Origin: an uncultured Methanomicrobiales archaeon
GTDB lineage: Archaea > Halobacteriota > Methanomicrobia > Methanomicrobiales > Methanospirillaceae
Assembly: GCA_963697895.1 (NCBI GenBank)
Contig: OY969100.1
Span: 832,001 to 896,000 of the forward strand
DNA length: 64,000 nucleotides
Reading direction: 5' to 3'
The position numbers and the translations under genes were made by a program. The notes below the pieces were generated by a model. It saw only the letters and a program-made list of their open reading frames with translations. It did not search any database and was not told the DNA's origin. Positions 11,642 through 21,580 of the stretch are shown piece after piece; the first letter of the stretch is position 1; each line of letters starts with the position of its first letter.

Positions 11642-12162
11642 CAGAACCCCTCCAGAGTCGTCTGTTCCCGCGGTCGATCCGAGACGGACAGACGACGGGC
11701 AGGGTGGCGCATGCGCTGAAGGGGTACGGACGGCGGGGCGAAATAAAAGATCCGGTCTGCCCGCCGTGCCAGCGTACGGAAGGAATCGTCTTCATGGGGT
11801 GCATAGAGGATCACAAGGGTGTTCTCCCCTGCATCATGCAGCGCCTCTGCGACTGGATCAAGCACCTCTGTCGCACCTTCGTACAGGGAGGGATCGTGCT
11901 CCACAAAGACGACCGTATGGTGTGAATCCTGAAGGATACTGATGAGCTGATACGCCGTGAATGCCCGCTGAACCTCAAAATTCGTTGATCTGCGGTTGAT
12001 CGCCGGGAGCAGGTGCGAAAAGTTCCCGCAGACGTAGAGGAACAGGAACCGCTGGATCCCCGGGTTGTCGTTCAGACCCGCGGCCGCAAGTGCCTCCGGC
12101 GCGATCAGGGCATTGAACGTCCCGGTCTGCATGGCAATGGACGGGTACAGATCGAACTCCAT
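11641..12162 (-). CDS. Inactivated RadA/RecA-like protein (iRadA) of the PolB2 cassette
   Basis: LYVCGNFS, VQRAFTAYQLISIL, VFVEHDPSLY; no Walker A; start MEFDLYP at 12162 preferred (ORF extends to 12249). Confidence 0.75.
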   Translation of the reverse strand: MEFDLYPSIAMQTGTFNALIAPEALAAAGLNDNPGIQRFLFLYVCGNFSHLLPAINRRSTNFEVQRAFTAYQLISILQDSHHTVVFVEHDPSLYEGATEVLDPVAEALHDAGENTLVILYAPHEDDSFRTLARRADRIFYFAPPSVPLQRMRHPARRLSVSDRPREQTTLEGF

Positions 12163-12272
12163 GTATACCCGTCGCCCCCGGCCACCCATAATGGTCAGGA
12201 ACATGCGGGGTGAAAGTGCGTGCCAGGGACAGAGCGCCGGCACCTCCATTCATCTCGGTAAGCTGGAGATAT

Positions 12273-12309
12273 GTTCCAGGTGCCTTCTATACGGGTTCTG
12301 GGGCCGTTC
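12273..12309. promoter_or_regulatory. 11-bp-phased (G/C)TTC x4 array overlapping a TATA-like element of the PolB2 cassette
   Basis: GTTC 12273, CTTC 12284, GTTC 12295, GTTC 12306; minus-strand TATAGAA at about 12291-12285. Confidence 0.5.
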
Positions 12310-12456
12310 CTGTTGCGGCAGCTGTTCAGGTTCTTCCGGTGGAACTGGTTCCCCGCGCTCGCGTGCAGGGATTTAGCTGTTTACTCTGATAATTTTCTCC
12401 TTTTTGAGTCAGGCAGGCGTATAGATAGCAGTTCAGATTTGACCAGACATTGAATC

Positions 12457-13935
12457 CTAGGAATATTGCCTGCCATCCAACCACCGGCAACCGGTGATCA
12501 CGGCCAGGTCCTTTGTCAGGCAGACCACGTCGTCGGAGTCCAGGTCCGTTATTCTCTGTTTACCGACGATCCGTGTGAAACCTGCCATTTCTTCTGCCGA
12601 TAACCTGATAAAACGGGATAATCGTTCGGTCCCGTCTTCGATCTTCAATTGCTGCATGAGGACAGGATCCTGTGTGGTGATACCGGTCGGGCAGAGGCCC
12701 GTATGGCAGATCCGGTACTGCTCACAATTCATCGCGATAAGAGCTGCAGTTCCGATATAGACCGAGTCAGCCCCCAAAGCGATACATTTGGCGAAGTCGG
12801 CGGAGCTCCGGAGACCCCCGCCCGCAATGAGTGACACCCGGTCCCGTTCTCCGCTCTCACTCAGGAACCGGTGTGCCCGTGGGAGCGCAGCGATGAGAGG
12901 AAGTCCGACATTTTCTCTGATATAGGCATAGGTTGCGCCGGTACCGCCCCCGAACCCGTCTATTGCGATAAAATCAACTCCTGCCTCGACCAGGATACGG
13001 CAGTCATCTTCGATGCGGCCGCACCCGATCTTGGCACCGATCGGGACCCCCCCCGTGATTTCCCGGAGCCACTCAACCTTCTCCTGTATCTGGGCCGGTG
13101 ATACCATATCCGGGTGATGAGCCGGAGAGTTCGCATCTTCCCCGGGCTCAAGCCCCCGTATAGATGCGACCTCAGGAGTGATCTTTGCGGCAGGTAGGTA
13201 ACTTCCCTTTCCCGGATAAGCACCCTGGCCGAAACGAATTTCGACCGCCGCGGCCCGTTTCAGAATTTCTTCAGAAATACCAAACCTGCCGGTGGAATAC
13301 TGGCAGATGCACCAGGATGCAGCGGTATTGAGTACCTCCGGCAGTACCCCTCCCTCCCCGGTGTTGAATGCGATGCCAAGCATTGCAGCTACCCGGGAGA
13401 TAATCTGATGGACATTCCGGGATGTCGCACCGAAACTCATTCCTGATATCAGTATCGGGGAGGTCACCCGAAGCGGCCTTTTTGAGGAGGGGCCGATTAT
13501 CGCTGCATTATCAACTCCCTCTTCCCTGTTCAACGGTATCCGTTCGACCTGTGCCGGGATGAAATGCAGGTCATCGAACGAGAACGGGATCTTCTTGCAG
13601 GAACCCATCGCAACCACGGTACTCTCGCCCCGCAGCGCCTCCTCCTTCATTCTGACTATTGATCGATAGAATGATTCGTCTTCCCTGTTTTTTTGTTTTC
13701 TCATGACGATGCCGCCAGCTCCGCCAATCTCCATCTTATCGCAAAAATAGAGCTTTTCAAGCCTGTATTCACGATGTACCGGGCACGCAGTGCAGATACA
13801 TCCGCTCGCACTGATATCGCAATGGCTGTGACCGATGGCACAGAATGCAGTGGTGGTTTCGCATCCACGCGCATAGGTCGGGCATTTGGGGCATATGCAT
13901 CGTTCCCGGTTTTCGGGTGAATCATCGACCTTCAT
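12457..13935 (-). CDS. FMN-binding glutamate synthase family protein with N-terminal Cys-rich (DUF2769-like) domain
   Basis: GMSFGA, NTGEGG, GQGA.PG.G..LP..K, DG..GGTGA, C.Q.RICHT..CPTG; N-terminal CICPKCPTY..CICTACPV. Confidence 0.88.
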   Translation of the reverse strand: MKVDDSPENRERCICPKCPTYARGCETTTAFCAIGHSHCDISASGCICTACPVHREYRLEKLYFCDKMEIGGAGGIVMRKQKNREDESFYRSIVRMKEEALRGESTVVAMGSCKKIPFSFDDLHFIPAQVERIPLNREEGVDNAAIIGPSSKRPLRVTSPILISGMSFGATSRNVHQIISRVAAMLGIAFNTGEGGVLPEVLNTAASWCICQYSTGRFGISEEILKRAAAVEIRFGQGAYPGKGSYLPAAKITPEVASIRGLEPGEDANSPAHHPDMVSPAQIQEKVEWLREITGGVPIGAKIGCGRIEDDCRILVEAGVDFIAIDGFGGGTGATYAYIRENVGLPLIAALPRAHRFLSESGERDRVSLIAGGGLRSSADFAKCIALGADSVYIGTAALIAMNCEQYRICHTGLCPTGITTQDPVLMQQLKIEDGTERLSRFIRLSAEEMAGFTRIVGKQRITDLDSDDVVCLTKDLAVITGCRWLDGRQYS

Positions 13936-14179
13936 CGGGACCCCCCCTGTCTGGGGAAGCCGCGTAACTGCGGGTGTCCGGTTCCAAACCTGCGCTCGCT
14001 CCATATGCCACATGATATTCCATATCCGGTCTTTTAGCCCGCACTTCTATAAGAAAAAGTCGGTTCATGGTAGAATTCCCCGAAGCGATCAGGATACGAC
14101 GGTATGGGAAACAGTTATCTCTGGATTTGCGACTGAGAGCAGAATATCTGCCGATACAAGACAAGGGATAACAGGGCAT

Positions 14180-14725
14180 TCAAACCCGGGTGCATCTGAG
14201 TACGCAGAGCTCTTCCCGATCGAAGATCGGTGCCCGCCGGATGATCTCCGCCTCCCATCCGTGTTTGAGGAAGAGATGACATACCTCAGGAATTCCCGTC
14301 AGCGATGAGATGAGGATCAATACCCTGCCTCCTTTTGAGAGGACCCGGCCGGAATCCCGGGCGAATCGCTCGATAACTACCCGCCCTGTCTCCCCGCCGT
14401 CCAGCGCATATTCAAGCCAGTCGGGAATACGATCTTCTCTCCGCGTCGGCAAATAAGGGGGATTGAATAGGATGAGATCGAACGGACCGCGGATCCCATG
14501 AAGGAGGTCCGCCCTCGCCACCTCGAGGCCCAGGCCATGGGCAGAGCGAACGGCATGCGGATTGATATCTGTTGCCACCACCCGGGCGAACGGCGAGAGT
14601 GCAGCCGCTATGAAGCCGCTTCCGGTTCCTACATCCAGGACAGACTCTCCGGGGCACACCTCGTCCAATGCCGCTTCCCGGAGAAGGTGGGAATCAGCCT
14701 CGATTGGATAAACCTGAGATACCAT
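14180..14725 (-). CDS. HemK2/PrmC-like methyltransferase
   Basis: VY...DS.LL, LDVGTGSG, DINPHA, FNPPYLP, DGG..GR. Confidence 0.9.
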   Translation of the reverse strand: MVSQVYPIEADSHLLREAALDEVCPGESVLDVGTGSGFIAAALSPFARVVATDINPHAVRSAHGLGLEVARADLLHGIRGPFDLILFNPPYLPTRREDRIPDWLEYALDGGETGRVVIERFARDSGRVLSKGGRVLILISSLTGIPEVCHLFLKHGWEAEIIRRAPIFDREELCVLRCTRV

Positions 14726-15488
14726 ATACCTCTTCCGCAAGAGATGCAATATCTTCGAGCGATAGTTCCTCCGGCCTTGCCTGGAGTATCCGATCCGGAA
14801 GCCCGAGGATGAGCTGCCTGATCTGGTCTGCCTTCAGATCCCGGAGGCCGCTTTTCAGGCAATTCCGGACGGTCTTCCGCCGGTGACTGAAAAGAGTCCG
14901 TACCACATCGGCGTAGATGGCCCGGTCGCAAACCGGATAAATCGGTTCTCTCGGAATAATTTTTACCACACTTGACCGAACCTGCGGTTTCGGACGGAAA
15001 CACTGCGGGGGGAGGTCAAAGCACCGTTCGACAGTTGCATAGGTCTGGACCATGATAGAAAGCCGGCCGCAGTCGCTCGTCCCGGCGGGCGCTTCCATTC
15101 GCCGGGCGAATTCAGTCTGGTACATGAGAATTGCAAGATCGAAGCCGATCTCCAGGAGCCGGAAGGTGATCTTTGATGACGCAGAATAGGGCAGGTTGGA
15201 TACCACCACAGAAAATGGAGGCAGTGGGCATTTCACGGCATCACCGCGGGTGAGGGTAAGGCGGCCTGCAGAGATATCAGCATGAAAGAGATCGGAGAGT
15301 TCCTCACAGAGTTCATGGTCGATCTCCACCGCATGAACGGTGGCGCCACGTTCCAGAAGTGCTGCGGTCAGGGCCCCTTCTCCCGGACCGATCTCAAGCA
15401 CTTCGCGTCCGTTCAGATCAACGAGGTCTGCTATCCTTCCGATGGCATGCGCATCGATAAGAAAATGCTGGTCCCGTGGTGTTTTCAT
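14694..15488 (-). CDS. rsmA: 16S rRNA dimethyladenosine transferase
   Basis: DQHFL, LEIGPGEG.LT, SNLPY, Q.EFA.R, F.P.P.V.S; start MKTPR at 15488. Confidence 0.95.
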   Translation of the reverse strand: MKTPRDQHFLIDAHAIGRIADLVDLNGREVLEIGPGEGALTAALLERGATVHAVEIDHELCEELSDLFHADISAGRLTLTRGDAVKCPLPPFSVVVSNLPYSASSKITFRLLEIGFDLAILMYQTEFARRMEAPAGTSDCGRLSIMVQTYATVERCFDLPPQCFRPKPQVRSSVVKIIPREPIYPVCDRAIYADVVRTLFSHRRKTVRNCLKSGLRDLKADQIRQLILGLPDRILQARPEELSLEDIASLAEEVYGISGLSNRG

Positions 15489-16045
15489 TTTGACGTGAAA
15501 ATGTGATATTTTACGTTGGGGTCCTGAAGCTCCTCCATGATTCGAGCCGCGACCATCTTCTCCGGATGGGGAATTGATTTGATCCGCTGGCTGATCTCGG
15601 CAAAGCTTTCGAACGGTTTCTTCTCCCGTTCTTCCAGGATCTCCCACATGAGTTTCTTCCCGATCCCGGGAAGTAAATGAAGCATGTGCAGTTTCGGGCT
15701 GATTGAGATGGATTTATTAAAGAACTGGACAAACTCGGGCTCTTTTTCCTTCACCAGCGCATCAATTACGAACGGCAGTTCAAGACGTGCAGTCTGCGTA
15801 AGGTCTTCGTAACTGATTCTGCGTTTCACCCGCTCTATCTTGTCCCTTTCTCCATCCCCGATGTATACCCGTTCATGAATCTGGATCTCCACCTTCTTCG
15901 GTACCAGTTCCAGCAACTTGAACTGTGCAATACCGACTGCCTGTACAATCGGTTCCCGCTTGAACACCGGGCGGGGATCATCGGGATGCCCCTTCATGAG
16001 CACATCGAGGACTATCGCGTGGATCTCCTTTTTGTCAACCTTCAT
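15485..16045 (-). CDS. DUF655 putative RNA-binding protein
   Basis: VLD....GH, F.LLE, LH.LHLLPGIGKK; conserved position after rpoF. Confidence 0.88.
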   Translation of the reverse strand: MKVDKKEIHAIVLDVLMKGHPDDPRPVFKREPIVQAVGIAQFKLLELVPKKVEIQIHERVYIGDGERDKIERVKRRISYEDLTQTARLELPFVIDALVKEKEPEFVQFFNKSISISPKLHMLHLLPGIGKKLMWEILEEREKKPFESFAEISQRIKSIPHPEKMVAARIMEELQDPNVKYHIFTSK

Positions 16046-16054
16046 GATCCCTCC

Positions 16055-16405
16055 TCAGAAATGGGCCTTCACAAGGTCGATGATCTGATCGAGTTCTTCT
16101 CCTGTCAAAGAGAATTTTTCCTTCGCGTAGATTGCGCGAAGCTCATCCCGGGTTCTCGGCATGATATTGGCGATACGAAAGGCGATATCGGGCTTCATCT
16201 TCTCGAGTCCTGTCAATTCCGAGACGAGTGCCCGTGCCTGTTCGCCAGATGTCTTTGAGAGAAGATTGGCATGTTCGATACTTTTGCGAAGCTCATAAGA
16301 CATCTCCTTCCCTGCTTCGATCCGCGCAGCCTCCACTCCTGCAAGGACTTCGCGCATTTCCGGAAGAGTAATCCTCTCTTCGCTAACAATCCCCTTTACC
16401 TTCAT
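16055..16405 (-). CDS. rpo4: RNA polymerase subunit F (Rpo4)
   Basis: MSYE....EH, IA..MPRT.DELRAI; synteny with rpl21e. Confidence 0.92.
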   Translation of the reverse strand: MKVKGIVSEERITLPEMREVLAGVEAARIEAGKEMSYELRKSIEHANLLSKTSGEQARALVSELTGLEKMKPDIAFRIANIMPRTRDELRAIYAKEKFSLTGEELDQIIDLVKAHF

Positions 16406-16428
16406 GCCAGAACACCGTCGTGAGATTG

Positions 16429-16719
16429 TTACCTTTGTGCCTTTAGATGTTGTGGTCTTGCGATGACCACTTTGTCGGAATTGCCATCCCGAATCTCGAG
16501 CATCCATGCCCTGCCCCTCTGGCCGATGACCGTCCCGGTTTTCCCGTGAAATCTCCGGTGAGGCATTCCCTTCTGTACGCTGGGTTCACAGACAACATGC
16601 ACCTTCTGGCCTATCTCGAACTGCTGGATAAGTGCTGTTACTGGTGTGATCCCGCGTTTCCTGAGCGCTTTTTTGAATTTATATCGTGTTTTCTTTCTTG
16701 GTCCGTTGTGATGTGCCAT
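16429..16719 (-). CDS. rpl21e: 50S ribosomal protein L21e
   Basis: G.R.KTR, KGMPHRRFHGKTG.V.G.RG, P.HLK. Confidence 0.96.
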   Translation of the reverse strand: MAHHNGPRKKTRYKFKKALRKRGITPVTALIQQFEIGQKVHVVCEPSVQKGMPHRRFHGKTGTVIGQRGRAWMLEIRDGNSDKVVIARPQHLKAQR

Positions 16720-17995
16720 GTGAATCCTCCTCTGTTATATCCTCAACCTGCATGACATCGAGACTGGTAACGCGTGCAGATGATCCCAGGATCTCAGCAA
16801 GACTGGGTGTCGTGCGTCCGTTGTCGCCTGAAATGAGCTCTTTGATGTAGAGGCCGGCTTCACCCGTTACCTCGACAACAAACCGGTCCTCTTCGGTGCC
16901 GGCGAACTCAGCCATCAGGACACGACGTTCCCTGCATTTGTCTGATCTGCGATGAACAACTCTCTGCGGCGTGCGCTGGTATATTGTTGCCCCTTCCAGG
17001 GATTTCAGTGCAAACCTGAACTCATCTGCAGAGTATGAACCGTCGACCTCGACCAGGATCCTGTATTTTTTATGCGCTTTGTTCGATTTAATAATTTCTA
17101 CCGCATCTCTTCCGGTCCAGCGTTCCAGGGTGACCGAGACTCTTCCCTCCGCGTCGGAATTGATCCGCTCTTCGAGGTACCGGAGATCGAGAGTCCTTCT
17201 TCTGGGAGCGGTCATCTCCATAATGAATGGCCTGCCGGCTCCCATCATCCGTGCATCGATATCCTCCCGGCCGGCACCGTGCAGCACTGCACCTGCAGCA
17301 TTGAAGAGGCGGATCGCCTCCCGCCCGATGAGTTCCTCAACAGAATCCTGATACTGTTTTCCGGTGAAGTTACATCGTTCACATCCCGCCCCACGGCATG
17401 TTCGGCAGTCCCAGTGTGTCTGAGGGATTCCACGCTCCATTTTGCGGTATCTTCCGTAAAAAAAGACCGACTGAATCTGTACCTCGACCCGGCATTCCGC
17501 CAAGTCGAGTATTGCAATGATATCGGGGTGCCTGAAGTCGACATCTTTTCCTGTCAGGACGCCCACAGCCTTTCCCACCTCGCGGTTCAACTCGGCCTTG
17601 AGCGGCTCAGCATCGGTCAGATGAAGATCGCTCCATACCATCTCCTCATTCTCGGCAATCAGGGGAGGGACCCGGGTGCCGATAAGAAAGGTAGCGAATT
17701 CAATGCCGGTAAGCGATTCAACGACTCTTTCCGCCCAAGCGTCGATTCCGTCAAACAGGTTGCCACAGACCCAGCATCTCCCTTCTGACCTGCGGTACGG
17801 CTCGTTCCGGACCAGCCCCCGCACCACCCGGATCGCATATCCCCGGTCAGCATTTGAAAGTCCGAACGAACGCATGCCAAAGAACCGTCCGAGACAATGA
17901 TCGCAGATTTCTCCGTAGGCGAGTATCGATTCAGCCAGATCTGTCAATCCCGCGTCCCCGGCCGATATATGCTCACATAGATTGTCAGCAGGCAT
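16679..17995 (-). CDS. pus10: tRNA pseudouridine(54/55) synthase Pus10
   Basis: GRYRK..RGIPQT.W, HGAGREDIDARM.G.GRPF, GLYIKELISGD.GRT.PS. Confidence 0.95.
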   Translation of the reverse strand: MPADNLCEHISAGDAGLTDLAESILAYGEICDHCLGRFFGMRSFGLSNADRGYAIRVVRGLVRNEPYRRSEGRCWVCGNLFDGIDAWAERVVESLTGIEFATFLIGTRVPPLIAENEEMVWSDLHLTDAEPLKAELNREVGKAVGVLTGKDVDFRHPDIIAILDLAECRVEVQIQSVFFYGRYRKMERGIPQTHWDCRTCRGAGCERCNFTGKQYQDSVEELIGREAIRLFNAAGAVLHGAGREDIDARMMGAGRPFIMEMTAPRRRTLDLRYLEERINSDAEGRVSVTLERWTGRDAVEIIKSNKAHKKYRILVEVDGSYSADEFRFALKSLEGATIYQRTPQRVVHRRSDKCRERRVLMAEFAGTEEDRFVVEVTGEAGLYIKELISGDNGRTTPSLAEILGSSARVTSLDVMQVEDITEEDSHGTSQRTKKENTI

Positions 17996-18575
17996 ACTCT
18001 CTCCGGTCCCGTTCGTTCAGCAGCACGGTGATAGTATGGTCAGCGTGGAGTGAGCGTGGCCCGACCGAATAACGCGGACAGGCCCTGGTCAGGACGCGTT
18101 CCTCTTCGGACAGGTTATGATGATCAGAGAGAAGGAATGCGTTTGGGAGGGAGTTCTCCGTTCGGATATCCCCCCCACTCTCATCGAGTAGGGCGAACGC
18201 GTGATCCGCAAGGAGCTCCTGCAGTCCCCCGCGGCGCACGGATACCCCCGGCGATGATTCGCGAAACATCGTTCCACAGGGTATCGACAGGGCTTTTTTG
18301 ATCAGCGCCCCCGAGCTTCTTTCGTCTGGAGAGAGATATCTGACATCTTTCCCCGAAATGAGGACTGTCTTCGGCGGGCTGGGTTCACCGAGGAGCACCA
18401 GGTAACACTGCACATCCCTCCGGAGGTCATGAGAGAGAAAGAATGCGGAATTCACGCATCGGCAGAGCAGGTCCATGCGGCCTCCGCTTCCGGGCATGTC
18501 ATTGAGGCTGAAATTTCCATCCGTGACCGCGGTGTGTCCTATGGTAGCAAAACAGATCATCCGGTTAATTCCCAC
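17985..18575 (-). CDS. trmY: tRNA (pseudouridine54-N1)-methyltransferase
   Basis: [33 protein letters not shown]. Confidence 0.93.
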   Translation of the reverse strand: MGINRMICFATIGHTAVTDGNFSLNDMPGSGGRMDLLCRCVNSAFFLSHDLRRDVQCYLVLLGEPSPPKTVLISGKDVRYLSPDERSSGALIKKALSIPCGTMFRESSPGVSVRRGGLQELLADHAFALLDESGGDIRTENSLPNAFLLSDHHNLSEEERVLTRACPRYSVGPRSLHADHTITVLLNERDRREYAC

Positions 18576-19884
18576 CGAATTTTTTCATCAGGCGCTGCAT
18601 GTTGAATTTTCCGCCCCCTCCCCTGACTCCCTTCAGGGCTCGCTTCATCATCTTATAGTATTTGAGAAGTTCCCTTACCTCGTCCGGTGTGGCACCTGCA
18701 CCCATCGCTACCCGCTGGATACGGGAGCTGCTGATCAGGGAGGGGTCGTCGAGCTCCTGCGCAGTCATTGAGTCCATGATTACGCGGTACCGGAGCATCT
18801 TGGTGCTGGTGACATCATACACCTCCCCGGAAAGCTCCATGTTTCCCATCGGCAGCATGCTCATGATCTGCTTGAGGGGTCCCATCTTATTGACCGCTTC
18901 CAGCTGTTTATACATGTCCCGGAGCGTAAAACGGCCGCGCATCATCGCATTGATGTCTACGTCCTCCGCTGCAATGGTCTCTTCGGCCCTTTCAACCAGT
19001 GCCCGCAGGTCACCCATGCCCAGAAGCCGGGAAATAAACCCATCCGGGTCAAAGCGCTCAAGATCATCAATCGTCTCGCCACTCCCAATGAACACGATCG
19101 CGCTTTTTGTTTCGGCGACTGCAGAGAGTGCACCACCACCCTTCGCCGTCCCATCCATCTTGGTGATAATTACCCCGTCGATGTCGATCGCGTCATGGAA
19201 CCGCCGTGCCTGTTCACTCGCCTGCTGCCCGAGGGCCGCATCGATAACGAGCCAGCGGTGCGTCGCCTGGGAGATAGCATTTATATCGATAATCTCCTGG
19301 ATCAGGTCTTCCTCCAGCCCGTGTCGCCCCTGAGTGTCGATGATCACCACCTCGGCACGTGAAAGAGCGGCGAGCCCGTCCCGAACCATCGCCCGTGCAT
19401 CGGTCGCTGCCGGATTCCCGAAGCAGGAAATATTCATCCGTGAGCAGAGGGTATTCAACTGGTCAAATGCGCCCGGTCTGAATGTGTCTGCACAGATTAC
19501 TCCTACATTCAACCCCTTTCGCTGGAAGTACCGCGCCAGTTTGGCTGTGGTAGTCGTCTTGCCGCTTCCCTGCAACCCGGCCATCAGGATACGCTGGGGT
19601 CCGAGTTTCACGGTTGACGTCTCCCCCATCAGCCGGACCAGTTCCTGGTAAACAATCCGGAGCACATGCTCCCGGACACTCATTCCCTTTAGGGGCTGCT
19701 CTTCGAGGGAGCGTGTCTTTATCGCCTGGGAGAGCTGCATCACGAGTTTGACGTTTACATCAGACTGGATCAGAGCACGCTGCAGATCACGGACCAGTTC
19801 TTCCACCGCGGCCCGGTCAACAACTGTTTTACCGGCAAGTTTTTTCAGGGCGTCCTTCAGGGAGGACCCGAGGCGGTCCAGCAT
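18565..19884 (-). CDS. srp54: Signal recognition particle protein SRP54
   Basis: [30 protein letters not shown] domain. Confidence 0.97.
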   Translation of the reverse strand: MLDRLGSSLKDALKKLAGKTVVDRAAVEELVRDLQRALIQSDVNVKLVMQLSQAIKTRSLEEQPLKGMSVREHVLRIVYQELVRLMGETSTVKLGPQRILMAGLQGSGKTTTTAKLARYFQRKGLNVGVICADTFRPGAFDQLNTLCSRMNISCFGNPAATDARAMVRDGLAALSRAEVVIIDTQGRHGLEEDLIQEIIDINAISQATHRWLVIDAALGQQASEQARRFHDAIDIDGVIITKMDGTAKGGGALSAVAETKSAIVFIGSGETIDDLERFDPDGFISRLLGMGDLRALVERAEETIAAEDVDINAMMRGRFTLRDMYKQLEAVNKMGPLKQIMSMLPMGNMELSGEVYDVTSTKMLRYRVIMDSMTAQELDDPSLISSSRIQRVAMGAGATPDEVRELLKYYKMMKRALKGVRGGGGKFNMQRLMKKFGGN

Positions 19885-20915
19885 CAGGACCCCTCCCTCA
19901 GGAGTTCGGAGACGATCTGTTCCGGCACGAACGGTACAATATCCTCGTATCCCTGTCCGGTGCCGAGGAACATGATTGGTTTTCCGATGGTGTGGGCAAT
20001 GGAGATCGCTGCCCCGCCCCGGGCATCCATATCCGCTTTGGTAAGGATCACCGCATCCGCACCGACGGCCTTTTCAAATTCATGAGCCCGGATAATCGCA
20101 TCATTTCCGGCAACGGCTTCGTCCACATATACGATAAGATCCGGTTTCATCACCCGGCGAATCTTTTCCAGCTGGCTCATCAGGTTTGCGCGGTTATGGA
20201 ACCTCCCGGCCGTGTCGGCAAGCACCGCATCGATTCGATGGGCCTCTGCATATTGCACGGTATCAAAGAGAACCGCCGACGGATCCGCTCCCTGCTGGTG
20301 CTGGATGATCTTAATCCCGACCCGCTGCGCATGGACATCGATCTGTTCCAGCGCTCCGGCGCGGAAAGTGTCACCGGCCCCGATGACGACCGAGAAACCA
20401 TTTTTCTTGAGAAAGTATCCGACTTTTGCGACGGTCGTCGTCTTTCCGGTTCCATTCACGCCGGTAAAAAGGATCCTGACCGGGTGCTCATGATCCCGGA
20501 GATATTTAAGCAGATCAAATCCCTTGCCGAGCACATCGAGGAGCGCCCCGCGAAGCGCCTCGATGACGACACTATCGATCTTTTCCCCGATCTTGCGCCG
20601 ACTCCCGAGGAGGGTGGACCGGACATGCGCGATGATCGCTTCCGCAACGGGAAGGGCGACATCGTTCTCCAGCAGCACGATTTCAAGGTCAGCGAGCGCA
20701 TCACTGATATCTTTCTCGCCGATAACGAGTTCGCGTTCGGTGATGAGTACTTTTACGCGGCTGGCAAGGCCTGCCTGATTCCGCTCACTCGATAGTGCCT
20801 CTCCGCCTCCCGATGAAACGGTTCCGGACCTCTCCGGCGGTGCCGATGCTACTGCAATATCCTCTTCCAGCTTTTTGGATACTCCCTGCAACCGTTTGCG
20901 AAGCCCTTCAAACAT
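19884..20915 (-). CDS. ftsY: SRP receptor FtsY
   Basis: [37 protein letters not shown]. Confidence 0.96.
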   Translation of the reverse strand: MFEGLRKRLQGVSKKLEEDIAVASAPPERSGTVSSGGGEALSSERNQAGLASRVKVLITERELVIGEKDISDALADLEIVLLENDVALPVAEAIIAHVRSTLLGSRRKIGEKIDSVVIEALRGALLDVLGKGFDLLKYLRDHEHPVRILFTGVNGTGKTTTVAKVGYFLKKNGFSVVIGAGDTFRAGALEQIDVHAQRVGIKIIQHQQGADPSAVLFDTVQYAEAHRIDAVLADTAGRFHNRANLMSQLEKIRRVMKPDLIVYVDEAVAGNDAIIRAHEFEKAVGADAVILTKADMDARGGAAISIAHTIGKPIMFLGTGQGYEDIVPFVPEQIVSELLREGS

Positions 20916-20933
20916 AACCTAATTCAAGCCCTT

Positions 20934-21389
20934 CTATTCCGTTCTCATCTGTTCCGTCTGGGCACTCATCTGTGCCTGCTGGTACCCGATCTCAATCCTT
21001 CGTGCAATCTCGTTCATTTGCGAGCGGATCCGATCGAGGGTTTCGGCCACCCGTTTTCCTGAAGCCTCCATCTCGGTGATCCGATCACGGAGATACTCGA
21101 TCGCTTCAGTATTTGACCGCTCCACGATCACATCTGCCCCGATATTTACCAGCACGCGGTCCGGTTCGATGACGTTGGCCCGGACACTTGCCCCGCCACC
21201 GATCTGGAGGAGGACGGGCATATGTTCCCCTGCACTGAGTTCTTTCAGCGTTTCTATCGCTGCAGTCGCCTCCATTCGTCCGTCGTCAATCAGCTGGAGC
21301 TGTCGGGTAAATACCTCTGCCTGCTGGCTGTATTCGTTCAGATACTGCTGAAGAGACTGAAGCTCCCGGGCATCGACCTGTTCCGCCAT
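20934..21389 (-). CDS. pfdA: Prefoldin alpha subunit
   Basis: Coiled coils around IGGG..V.A....V.V.IG; synteny. Confidence 0.92.
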   Translation of the reverse strand: MAEQVDARELQSLQQYLNEYSQQAEVFTRQLQLIDDGRMEATAAIETLKELSAGEHMPVLLQIGGGASVRANVIEPDRVLVNIGADVIVERSNTEAIEYLRDRITEMEASGKRVAETLDRIRSQMNEIARRIEIGYQQAQMSAQTEQMRTE

Positions 21390-21391
21390 GG

Positions 21392-21580
21392 TTACCGTTC
21401 GCGTGCCACTACTGAGTTCACCGTGATGTACCGTCTTTTCAGGCGATGCTTGCTTCCTATTACGGTGAATGTTCTTTCTTTTGCCTGTTCCTCATTCGGG
21501 GCCTCAATGATCTTGGCGTAGGGCCGCCATTCATCACTTATTTTAAAGGTCCCTTTTACTTCAAATATTTGGTTCTTCAT
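21392..21580 (-). CDS. rpl18a: 50S ribosomal protein L18Ae (LX)
   Basis: F.V.G.F, A.E.....IGSKH.LKR..I. Confidence 0.92.
   Translation of the reverse strand: MKNQIFEVKGTFKISDEWRPYAKIIEAPNEEQAKERTFTVIGSKHRLKRRYITVNSVVARER

Noticed and set aside
16679-16719. 41-nt overlap of pus10 with rpl21e
   Set aside because: Non-conserved-looking tail read-through in a compact operon; no evidence of function
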